Positions 8,613-16,627 are shown, counted from the stretch's first letter. The stretch: DNA of 64,000 nucleotides from a virus (IMGVR_UViG_3300050821_010764:1-64000); one strand, 5' to 3'. Notes: generated from the sequence alone by a model not told the origin. Program-made: numbers and translations.

Positions 8613-9194
8613 ATGTCCACCTAGCTTCAACTCACCCGAGACATGCAAGACTGTCAGCAATCCCAAGGTCAGTCTGTTTACCAGCATGGTCTCTCGGTTA
8701 AAGAGCATATTTTTCAGTTGATTGATTATCTGAAAACCGGGCACATCTCAGGCGACTGGCGATTGCCCGATTGGTTGACAGAGTATCGTCAGCAACTGCT
8801 TAGCGTCCTTCTCCCTCAGGATATCATCGAGGAGTATACAATTTACCACGATTGTGGTAAGCCTTATTGTAAGTCAATCGATGAGAATGGAAGAACTCAT
8901 TTTCCAAACCATGCCGACATGTCATACCAAACATGGTTGGAAGCTGGAGGTAGTCTGCAAGCCGCCAAGTTGATGAAGATGGATATGATTATTCATACCA
9001 TGAAAGCCTGCGACATCGATGAGTTTATTATTCATCCTGAAGCTTGCACTCTTCTTCTAGCAGGGTTGGCTGAGGTTCACGCCAACGCTAAGATGTTTGG
9101 AGGTCTTGATTCCACCTCCTTTAAAATCAAATGGAATCAAATTAACAAAAGAGGCAAAGCTATTTGCCAAAAACTGTTTAGGAGACAGTCATGA
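8613..9194 (+). CDS. HD-domain phosphohydrolase with in-frame TAG at codon 4
   Basis: GGAGG SD, then ATG TCC ACC TAG CTT... in frame with ORF 8643; H...YHDCGKP...HFPNHA resembles the HD domain of CCA-adding enzymes. Confidence 0.75.
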
Positions 9195-9532
9195 GTCTAT
9201 AGATTAAATCCGGTGATAAGTTGTATGTGATTACTCGTTCAGATTTGGAACCCGGTTATCAAGCCGTGCAGTCGATGCACGCTTTGAGACAGTTTACTGC
9301 TGAACATCCTGAGATAGATAGATTATGGTTTGATCAGTCAAACTATCTTGGTCTATTATCTGTTGCCAATGAGAAAGAGCTTTATAATCTAATGGAGCAG
9401 GCTCAGATGCAAGATATTAAGTTTTCGATTTTTCGAGAGCCTGATATTGGGGATCAGATTACAGCTATTGCCATTGCGCCTGGTGCCAAGAGTAAGAAAT
9501 TGTGCAGCAGGCTTCCTCTTGCTTTGAAGTGA
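9191..9532 (+). CDS. Peptidyl-tRNA hydrolase II (Pth2)-like protein with in-frame TAG at codon 4
   Basis: AGGAG SD, ATGA overlap, ATG AGT CTA TAG ATT... in frame with ORF 9221; YVITRSDL..G..AVQ..HA, EPD and TAIAIAPG match PTH2-family motifs. Confidence 0.78.
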
Positions 9533-9544
9533 TATAGAGCTTAT

Positions 9545-9668
9545 GATCCGGTAGCTAAATAAGAATGAAAGCGGTCTACGAACGTGGTAGATGCAGCAAG
9601 TAGTTTATGACCAAGCACCTGTTTGATAAACAGGAGAATGTGTGGTGCGAATCCCACCCGGATCTCTA
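9545..9668 (+). ncRNA. Oversized tRNA-like RNA (Ile GAT-type anticodon arm, ~45-nt insertion, no encoded CCA)
   Basis: GATCCGG/CCGGATC acceptor stem; CCTGT-TTGATAA-ACAGG arm; T-like loop TGCGAAT; extra hairpin GTCTAC-GAACGTG-GTAGAT. Confidence 0.6.
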
Positions 9669-9688
9669 TTAACGTAAAGGGAAATAAA

Positions 9689-10006
9689 ATGAGCGACAAA
9701 TGTGATAGCGATGTGTACGAGAATGGTTCACAAGTTTTTCTAACTCATACCATTGCAGCTAAAGATGTAGAGAAATGGGTTCAAGCAGTTGCTAAAGAAT
9801 CTGGTCAAAAAGTTGATTGGCATTATTGTGGCGGACGTGCTGTTGTGCTAGCATTAGGCGATCTTAGCAAAGTATATGACGCCTTGAAAAAACTGAGACC
9901 AGTACATGATGCTTTATATGTCGCCGCTGATTACAAATATCTGAAAGATAAAGAATCTGCGCAAGAGCGGGCAGATGGCATTTGGCAATATAATGGCTTA
10001 GTTTGA
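9689..10006 (+). CDS. Hypothetical protein (VDWHY.GGRA motif)
   Basis: ATG at 9689, downstream of the tRNA-like RNA. Confidence 0.7.
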   Translation: MSDKCDSDVYENGSQVFLTHTIAAKDVEKWVQAVAKESGQKVDWHYCGGRAVVLALGDLSKVYDALKKLRPVHDALYVAADYKYLKDKESAQERADGIWQYNGLV

Positions 10007-10012
10007 TGTTAT

Positions 10013-10086
10013 GCCTTCATAGCTCAAAGGAAGAGCAACCGTCTCTAAAACGGGGTATGCGATGTCGGGATTCGCTGAAGGCGCCA
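10013..10086 (+). tRNA. Putative amber suppressor tRNA (CTA), G73, non-canonical T-loop
   Basis: GCCTTCA/TGAAGGC acceptor stem; GCTC/GAGC D-stem; ACCGT-CTCTAAA-ACGGG anticodon arm; ends GCCA. Confidence 0.75.
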
Positions 10087-10094
10087 GGTAGAAT

Positions 10095-10388
10095 ATGTCA
10101 GGCATTTGGGTCTCAAAAATTGTTTCATCTTCGTATGGAGATATAGAAGTTTCTGTACGTTTAGACACCGCCATTGAGCCGGGCGACATGCTTGATCGTT
10201 TAGAGAAAGAGTGGGACGTCCTTGATAAAAAGATGGATAAAGTCTTGCAAAAATTAGAACGTCTTAACGACAAAACGCCACAAAAAATTGTAGATTCGGT
10301 TATGAAAGAGCTGATGGAAATTGATAATTTGCAGAAACATAATCGTAAAGAATGGAATCGCTGGTTTGAAGTTTGGGAGCCAAAATGA
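10095..10388 (+). CDS. Hypothetical coiled-coil protein
   Basis: 97-aa ORF. Confidence 0.6.
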   Translation: MSGIWVSKIVSSSYGDIEVSVRLDTAIEPGDMLDRLEKEWDVLDKKMDKVLQKLERLNDKTPQKIVDSVMKELMEIDNLQKHNRKEWNRWFEVWEPK

Positions 10389-11395
10389 CAAAGTTACCGA
10401 TGTTAACGCCTAAAGAGTTTGCTGATGCTAAACGTAAAGCGATAGCCGATGGCATCTATGATGGTCTTTCTATTTTAGACATCGAAGACAGAATTCAATA
10501 TCTAAAGAAGGAACGTAATGCCGTTATCTTGGCACACTATTATCAGGATTCAGAAATTCAAGATGTTGCTGACTTCATCGGAGATTCCTTACAACTCTCC
10601 CAAGAAGCTGCTAAGACTCAAGCGGATGTCATCTGTTTTGCTGGCGTTCACTTTATGGCTGAAACCGCCAAGATTCTTAATCCAACCAAAATCGTGGTGC
10701 TTCCCGATTTGGAAGCCGGATGTTCACTTGCCGATGGATGTCCCGCCGATAAATTCGCTGCCTGGAAAAGCCTCCATCCCAATTCTATCGTGGTCAGCTA
10801 CATCAACTGTTCCGCCGAAGTCAAAGCACTCTCTGACTATATTTGCACCTCTTCCAATGCCGAGAAGATTGTTCGTGCTGCCGCTGCTACCGGTAAAGAA
10901 GTTCTTTTTGCGCCAGATAGAAATCTTGGTAACTACATCATGAAGAAGACTGGCATTCCCATGAAGATGTGGCAAGGAGCTTGTATTGTCCATGAAACCT
11001 TCAGTGAAAGAAAATTGGTTGGTCTTAAAGTGCGTCATCCGAATGCTTTGGTTCTTGCACATCCAGAATGTGAAGAGCCGATTCTCAAGATGGCGGACTA
11101 CATTGGCTCAACGACTGGGATTTTGAAGTATGCAACTACTTCAGAACACAAAGAGTTTATTGTAGTCACGGAGTCCGGTATCTTGCATCAGATGCAGAAA
11201 GCGGCTCCAGACAAGACATTCATCCCGGCTCCACCAGAAGCAAACTGTGCGTGTAATGAATGTCCCTTCATGAAAAAGAATACTTTGGAGAAGGTATATC
11301 TTGCATTGAGAGATTTGACTCCCCAGATTAACATGTCAGAGGATTTGATGAATCGAGCCAGAGTTTCTATCGATAGAATGATGGCATTATCTTGA
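10385..11395 (+). CDS. nadA: Quinolinate synthase NadA
   Basis: [50 protein letters not shown] and CNECPFMK. Confidence 0.95.
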   Translation: MTKLPMLTPKEFADAKRKAIADGIYDGLSILDIEDRIQYLKKERNAVILAHYYQDSEIQDVADFIGDSLQLSQEAAKTQADVICFAGVHFMAETAKILNPTKIVVLPDLEAGCSLADGCPADKFAAWKSLHPNSIVVSYINCSAEVKALSDYICTSSNAEKIVRAAAATGKEVLFAPDRNLGNYIMKKTGIPMKMWQGACIVHETFSERKLVGLKVRHPNALVLAHPECEEPILKMADYIGSTTGILKYATTSEHKEFIVVTESGILHQMQKAAPDKTFIPAPPEANCACNECPFMKKNTLEKVYLALRDLTPQINMSEDLMNRARVSIDRMMALS

Positions 11396-11404
11396 ATAAT
11401 AAGT

Positions 11405-11481
11405 GGTTCATTAGCTCAGTCTGGTAGAGCAGGGAATTCTAAACTCCCGGGTCATGGGTTCAAATCCCATATGAACCCCCA
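11405..11481 (+). tRNA. Putative amber suppressor tRNA (CTA), C73
   Basis: GGTTCAT/ATGAACC acceptor stem; GCTC-AGTCTGGTA-GAGC D-arm; GGGAA-TTCTAAA-CTCCC anticodon arm; ATGGG-TTCAAAT-CCCAT T-arm; C then CCA. Confidence 0.88.
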
Positions 11482-11502
11482 ATATTGTGATATATATTTT
11501 GT

Positions 11503-11673
11503 ATGACTCGAATAGAAATGCAATCCAGAATTAATGAACTTCGTGATGAACTTGAAACCAGGCACAAATATGGCACTGTCAAGATAGCTAATGCCGATGG
11601 AACGCCTGTCGCCACCGAAAAACTTCAGGGCGAATTGTATTCCTTGATTTACAAGGTGAGCAAGCTTGCCTAA
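11503..11673 (+). CDS. Small hypothetical protein (56 aa, not in ORF track)
   Basis: MTRIEMQSRINELRDELE...; ATG 14 nt after the GATATA motif; fills the gap between the tRNA and the HNH gene. Confidence 0.6.
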   Translation: MTRIEMQSRINELRDELETRHKYGTVKIANADGTPVATEKLQGELYSLIYKVSKLA

Positions 11674-12151
11674 ACCAAAGCTCACAATTGAATTAGTTCC
11701 ATCTTCTTCGTGGTTTAATAATGTCCGCGCCGTCTTGACCAAGAAGCAATGGGACTATGTAAAATCTCAAGTGTTTTCCAAGGCTTATGACACTTGTGAG
11801 ATTTGCGGAAGTATTGGCTCCAGGCATCCGGTAGAATGTCACGAAATTTGGAGCTACAACAACAAGAAATTAATACAAAAATTAGAAGGCATGATCGCCT
11901 TGTGCCCGAGCTGTCACATGGTTAAACATATGGGTTACACTGAGGTCCGTGGACTCAAAGTGCATGCATTACATCATTTGATGTCAGTCAATAAAATGAC
12001 GAGCAAAGAAGCAGAAGCTTATATTGCCCAAGCTTTTAAAGTGTGGGCAGAACGTAGTGAAAAGATTTGGGAGTTGGATATTACTCACCTTACAGAATAT
12101 GGAGTAGACCTAGATAAAATTAAAAAGCATAAACTAGTATGTAGTCAGTAG
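11666..12151 (+). CDS. HNH endonuclease-like protein
   Basis: CEICG...VECHEIW...ALCPSCHMVKH. Confidence 0.75.
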   Translation: MPKPKLTIELVPSSSWFNNVRAVLTKKQWDYVKSQVFSKAYDTCEICGSIGSRHPVECHEIWSYNNKKLIQKLEGMIALCPSCHMVKHMGYTEVRGLKVHALHHLMSVNKMTSKEAEAYIAQAFKVWAERSEKIWELDITHLTEYGVDLDKIKKHKLVCSQ

Positions 12152-12179
12152 ATGTATTCCATTTACTATTAAGGCTTAT

Positions 12180-12371
12180 ATGCTAATTTCATTTTTAATT
12201 ACGTTAATCATAGTCGGAGTTGTTTTATATTTGGTAAATACTTTAATACCAATGGATGCAAAAATCAAAACCGTTATTAATGTGATTGTTTTGGTTCTTG
12301 TACTATTTTATGTTCTACAAGTATTTGGGGTCTTACCCGCCCACAGTTACCCTTTACCTTCACTAAAGTGA
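12180..12371 (+). CDS. Small two-TM membrane protein
   Basis: Two hydrophobic helices flanking IPMDAKIK. Confidence 0.75.
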   Translation: MLISFLITLIIVGVVLYLVNTLIPMDAKIKTVINVIVLVLVLFYVLQVFGVLPAHSYPLPSLK

Positions 12372-12425
12372 ACGAATTATAATTTACATTGTGTGAGAAA
12401 TTGTACTCTGTAAATCAAGATAACT

Positions 12426-12761
12426 ATGATGACTGAAGATCCTCGTAAAACTGGTTTAAAGAATGGTTTGCGTCAGCTAACCGCGGAACAATTACAGAGA
12501 GTGATTGATTATCCTGGTGAGATGGTGCTGGACTCCTACAACTATGCGGACGGCAATTTCTGCGCCCTAGCGGTCGCTTTAAAAATGGATGAGACCATGC
12601 CTGACCCGAGCCACGACAAAGTGTTCGCGGAACTTACTAAATTGGGCTACAAAGTTTACAATACTCGCGGCATTGCGGGCGAGTTTTACACCACCAACCG
12701 CAAGGAAGACCTGCTGGAAGCAGCAAGAGAGGTATTACAAGAAAAGACACATGCAAAATAA
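12426..12761 (+). CDS. Hypothetical protein
   Basis: 111-aa ORF. Confidence 0.65.
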   Translation: MMTEDPRKTGLKNGLRQLTAEQLQRVIDYPGEMVLDSYNYADGNFCALAVALKMDETMPDPSHDKVFAELTKLGYKVYNTRGIAGEFYTTNRKEDLLEAAREVLQEKTHAK

Positions 12762-13287
12762 CAACCAACAACGAGAACAACGCATTCGCATCAATCATCA
12801 AATTCGTATCCCACAAATCAGAGTTGTCGCTTCCAATGGCGATAACTTAGGGGTCATGGCTACTAGAGACGCCCTCAAACTGGCAACAGACGAGGCTTTA
12901 GACCTAGTAGAAATTAATCCAAGAGCTGTGCCTCCAGTCTGTAAAATTATGGACTATGGCAAATTCAAATACGAAGAGAAGAAGAAGGCGCAAGCTGCTA
13001 AGAAGAATCAGCAGGTGCAAGAACTCAAAGAACTTACTTTCCGCCCTAACACGGATGAAGGTGACCTGGCTCATAAGACTGAACAAGCCAAAGAGTTCTT
13101 GACAGAAGGTAATCGTGTTAAGTTTACCATTCGTTTCAGAGGTCGTGAGATTACTCATCCTCAAGTTGGTAGTGATAAATTGAAATGGATTTTGCAACAG
13201 TTAGATGGACTCATTGTAGCTGCGCCACCTATTTCTTTGGAAGGCAAGTTTATGACAATGATCGTAGCACCTAATAAGAAGGCATAA
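12751..13287 (+). CDS. infC: Translation initiation factor IF-3
   Basis: RINHQIR, LDLVEINP.AVPPVCKIMDYGKFKYE, KELTFRP and VKFTIRFRGRE; ATG at 12751. Confidence 0.95.
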   Translation: MQNNNQQREQRIRINHQIRIPQIRVVASNGDNLGVMATRDALKLATDEALDLVEINPRAVPPVCKIMDYGKFKYEEKKKAQAAKKNQQVQELKELTFRPNTDEGDLAHKTEQAKEFLTEGNRVKFTIRFRGREITHPQVGSDKLKWILQQLDGLIVAAPPISLEGKFMTMIVAPNKKA

Positions 13288-13296
13288 AGGTGTGAT

Positions 13297-13370
13297 GTCC
13301 CCGTGGTATAGAGGATGTGCTCCAGTTTCCTAAACTGGCAAGGTTGGTTCGAATCCAACCGGGGATACCA
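13297..13370 (+). tRNA. tRNA-Arg(CCT)
   Basis: GTCCCCG/CGGGGAT acceptor stem; CCAGT-TTCCTAA-ACTGG anticodon arm; GTTGG-TTCGAAT-CCAAC T-arm; ACCA. Confidence 0.9.
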
Positions 13371-13379
13371 GAGGTCCAA

Positions 13380-13790
13380 ATGAAAATTTACGTAGCTAGT
13401 TCGTGGAAAAATGCAGAGTGGCATAGTGTGGTGGTCGCGAAACTACGTGAAAATGGATTCGAAGTTAATGATTTCAAAGACCATTCTAGTGCGCCCTCTT
13501 CGCCAGACGATCCTTCAGTAAAAGGATTCAAAAAGAATGTGCCACATCCTAATACCACGGACGGTTGCTATGAAGATATGATGGCGCTAAAGCAGTGCGA
13601 TGCTTGCGTATTAGTCCTTCCATGTGGACGCCATGCTCACCTTGAATTAGGTTGGGCGGCTGGTGTTGGAAAGAAAACCTTCGTGTTAATGGATCAACCA
13701 GCTACAGAACCAGCAGTAACCTATTTGATGCATGGTCAGACGGTTGATTCATTGGACGAATTGATTGTGGAGCTTAAAAAATCTTCTTGA
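13380..13790 (+). CDS. Nucleoside 2-deoxyribosyltransferase-like protein
   Basis: MKIYVASSW...D...LKQCDACVLVLPCGRHAHLELGWAAG. Confidence 0.6.
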   Translation: MKIYVASSWKNAEWHSVVVAKLRENGFEVNDFKDHSSAPSSPDDPSVKGFKKNVPHPNTTDGCYEDMMALKQCDACVLVLPCGRHAHLELGWAAGVGKKTFVLMDQPATEPAVTYLMHGQTVDSLDELIVELKKSS

Positions 13791-13803
13791 TATATGTGAC
13801 TTC

Positions 13804-14268
13804 ATGAGAAACCGAAATATTTCCAGTGAAGGTCAATGTAATTCTGAAATTCTTCTTGGTCTATTGAAAAATAGACTACAGAGTAGTGGTAAAGCCAAAG
13901 CCCATGATGAACATGGTAACATTATTTTCATAGATTGTGATATCTATGCCAAAGATGTTTTAGAGGCATTTATTGAGCTGTCGATTTCTGAATTCAATCA
14001 GACGCCTCATTTCACCGATTTTACTTTAGAAAACAGTAGATTCGTCGATTGTTTTGCCGAAGTTCTTGTTGAGGGAGCTACATTATATGCATTATCCTCC
14101 AAGGCTTTAATCGAACGAGGACGCGAGTTTATGATTAAAGATGATGGTGTGCACTTTGCGCCACCAGCCGTATCTGAGATGCTTAATACACAATTTAGCA
14201 CTCTTTTGTCTCATCATTGGGATAAGCTGAAGGTTATTAAATCTTCCATCAAAGAATTCAACAAATAA
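13804..14268 (+). CDS. Hypothetical protein
   Basis: ATG 15 nt after the GATATA motif. Confidence 0.65.
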   Translation: MRNRNISSEGQCNSEILLGLLKNRLQSSGKAKAHDEHGNIIFIDCDIYAKDVLEAFIELSISEFNQTPHFTDFTLENSRFVDCFAEVLVEGATLYALSSKALIERGREFMIKDDGVHFAPPAVSEMLNTQFSTLLSHHWDKLKVIKSSIKEFNK

Positions 14269-14286
14269 GCCGATATATTCCTTCTT

Positions 14287-15030
14287 ATGAAGAATGGAAT
14301 TATCCTGGCAGGTGGTACCGGTTCAAGACTAGCTCCTTTAACTAGTGTCGTCAACAAACATCTATTAGGTCTTAATGGTAAGTTTATTATTGACTATCCC
14401 ATTAACACATTAAAACAATTGGGATGTCAAGATGTCACCGTCATATTAGGTGGCAATCATTACGCTCAAGTAGCTGGCTATCTAGGAGATGGCAGCAGAT
14501 ATGGTTTGAACCTGAACTATGTGTATCAGGCGGAACCCAAAGGCATTGCTCACGCTATAAGCCTTTGTAAACGATTTGTTTATGATGATGCGGACTTCTC
14601 GGTCATCTTGGGAGACAACGTGTTTGAGCATGCTCCACGTTGGAACAATCCCAATTGGAAGACTAACCCTCGCGCCCAAATTATGTTAGCTAACCACCCG
14701 ACCCTCACTCGTTTTGGTGTAGCTTCTTTACAGGATGGTAAAATTGTTAAAATTGAAGAAAAGCCTAAAGAGCTGGATCATGACTACACGAATATGGCTA
14801 TCTCTGGCTGTTATTTATTTACACCAACGTTTTTCGAGTACTACAAAGACTTAAAACCTAGTGCACGTGGTGAATATGAAATCACTGATATCATTCGCAA
14901 ATATCTAGCCGATGACCAGCTGTCTTATAGTATGGTCAACGGATTATGGAGTGATGCAGGAACCCATGAGTCTATTAGTTACGTAAATCACTATTTTTAT
15001 CAGAAGGAACATGGAATTACTCAAATCTAA
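14287..15030 (+). CDS. rfbA: Glucose-1-phosphate thymidylyltransferase (RmlA/RfbA family)
   Basis: GIILAGGTGSRLAPLT, VILGDN, IEEKP, PSARGEYEITD and WSDAGT. Confidence 0.88.
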   Translation: MKNGIILAGGTGSRLAPLTSVVNKHLLGLNGKFIIDYPINTLKQLGCQDVTVILGGNHYAQVAGYLGDGSRYGLNLNYVYQAEPKGIAHAISLCKRFVYDDADFSVILGDNVFEHAPRWNNPNWKTNPRAQIMLANHPTLTRFGVASLQDGKIVKIEEKPKELDHDYTNMAISGCYLFTPTFFEYYKDLKPSARGEYEITDIIRKYLADDQLSYSMVNGLWSDAGTHESISYVNHYFYQKEHGITQI

Positions 15031-15691
15031 CCCAGTTATTGATAAGAAATATAAACCAGCTCCTAATTTGGATTACCAAGAGTATTTCAATAGAGCCATG
15101 GTCTTTGCTCAAACTAATTACCAAGAACAATTAGATAAAGTTGCCAAGACTCAATTCAGAAAACTTTCTCCCACTTCTTTTTTTGAAGAATACGTTTGGT
15201 GCGTTTGTTGCGTCGGTGAAGAGCCACAAACAGTCTCAGAGTATTTCCCTGCTCTGACTCAGCGTCTTACTCCATTTTATCATAGTTTTTGGGATCTGAA
15301 CAATTTCCCCAAACAAGAAGAAATTAAAGAAAGAGTTTTGGAAGTGTTTCCTAACCATGACAAATTTCATGCTATTATCAATTGTGCCAGCATCATTAAT
15401 AAAGGCATCAAACTATATGGTTGGGATTTCTATCGAGATAATTTTTTGAATAAACCGGAAAAATTAGTAGCTCTTCCTATGATGGGAATTGTTAGTTCTC
15501 GCCAGTTAGCTAGAAATGTGGGAGCTTCTGCCAAAACTATTAGCAGTTCTCGTCTGTATAACCTAGCTTCTCATTGGGGATTTGTAAGTGTAGATGAGAT
15601 GTGTAAAACCATTCAGAAGCATGTTCCGATGCAAATCAAGGTGATTGAGCTAATCCTTTGGTATGCCGCTACAACGTTTGAATGCCCGTGA
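15011..15691 (+). CDS. Hypothetical protein, possibly HhH DNA glycosylase-like
   Basis: LVALPMMGIVSSRQLARNVG is helix-hairpin-helix-like; C-terminal ELILW. Confidence 0.45.
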   Translation: MELLKSNPVIDKKYKPAPNLDYQEYFNRAMVFAQTNYQEQLDKVAKTQFRKLSPTSFFEEYVWCVCCVGEEPQTVSEYFPALTQRLTPFYHSFWDLNNFPKQEEIKERVLEVFPNHDKFHAIINCASIINKGIKLYGWDFYRDNFLNKPEKLVALPMMGIVSSRQLARNVGASAKTISSSRLYNLASHWGFVSVDEMCKTIQKHVPMQIKVIELILWYAATTFECP

Positions 15692-15733
15692 TATAGTAAG
15701 TGTTGATTACGCAATTACTAATTACGAGGGCAC

Positions 15734-16627
15734 ATGAAGATTTTTACCCTTGGTGGAGGTTTTGTCTCCGACCATTTACCATATGATAAGATACTTGACC
15801 GCATTCATCCTCATGAAGAAGATATCGATTATGTCCTAACCAAATACAAGCCTGATGTCATCATCAACTGTATTGGTAAAACGGGTCGTCCCAACGTGGA
15901 TTGGTGCGAGACACATAAGTCTGAAACTTATATGTCCAACGTAGTATTACCAGCTATGGTAGCCGCTCAATGCGAGACGGCAGGCATTCATTTTATTCAA
16001 ATTGGTTCAGGTTGTATTTATTTTGGAGAGTCTCCTAGTTTTCATTATTTGCAAGGAGATGGTACACCTTGGCCAGACCGCAATGAAGGTGTTTTTATTA
16101 TCCCAGGTATTAAAGTAGATAACGGTTGGAAAGAAACAGATTTTGCTAATCCAAAATCATTTTACTCTAAAACCAAATATGCTTGCGATCTTTTGTTAGG
16201 TGCTATGCCAAATGTAACTACTTTGCGTATTCGCATGCCAATCTCCACTAAGAACAATCAACGTAACCTGATTAACAAATTAGCGGGTTACAAACAGGTC
16301 ATTGACATTCCAAACTCTGTGACTTTCATGGATGACCTTACCCGATGTGTGGATTGGGTAGCTAAGGGTGGTCGCATGGGTATTTATCACGTCACCAACC
16401 CAGAGCCGTTGACAGCAGCTCAGGTAATGCGTGAATACCAGAAATATATGCCAAAGCATACTTTTGAGATTATCAATGAGCAGCAGCTAGATAGTCTAAC
16501 GGTGGCTAAGCGTTCCAACTGCATCATTGATGCTTCTAAACTAAATGCTGCTGGATTTCAGATGACGCCATCCAAAAAAGCTTTGGAAAAGTGCATGTCA
16601 GATTATTTCGGGAGAATGTATGTCTAA
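15734..16627 (+). CDS. RmlD-like NDP-sugar epimerase/reductase (extended SDR)
   Basis: KPDVIINCIGKTGRPNVDWCE, SGCIY, FYSKTK (YxxxK) and LRIRMP. Confidence 0.85.
   Translation: MKIFTLGGGFVSDHLPYDKILDRIHPHEEDIDYVLTKYKPDVIINCIGKTGRPNVDWCETHKSETYMSNVVLPAMVAAQCETAGIHFIQIGSGCIYFGESPSFHYLQGDGTPWPDRNEGVFIIPGIKVDNGWKETDFANPKSFYSKTKYACDLLLGAMPNVTTLRIRMPISTKNNQRNLINKLAGYKQVIDIPNSVTFMDDLTRCVDWVAKGGRMGIYHVTNPEPLTAAQVMREYQKYMPKHTFEIINEQQLDSLTVAKRSNCIIDASKLNAAGFQMTPSKKALEKCMSDYFGRMYV

Noticed and set aside
10013-11481. CUA tRNAs as tRNA-Pyl (pyrrolysine system)
   Set aside because: They have normal two-base connectors, 5-bp anticodon stems and GG-containing D-loops, and no pylS/B/C/D-like genes are in the window
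9623-13424. N-terminal extensions of ORFs 9623, 12589 and 13317, and minus ORFs 9998..10273, 11452..11742 and 13161..13424
   Set aside because: They run through tRNA genes or better-supported CDSs; downstream ATGs or opposite-strand genes explain these regions
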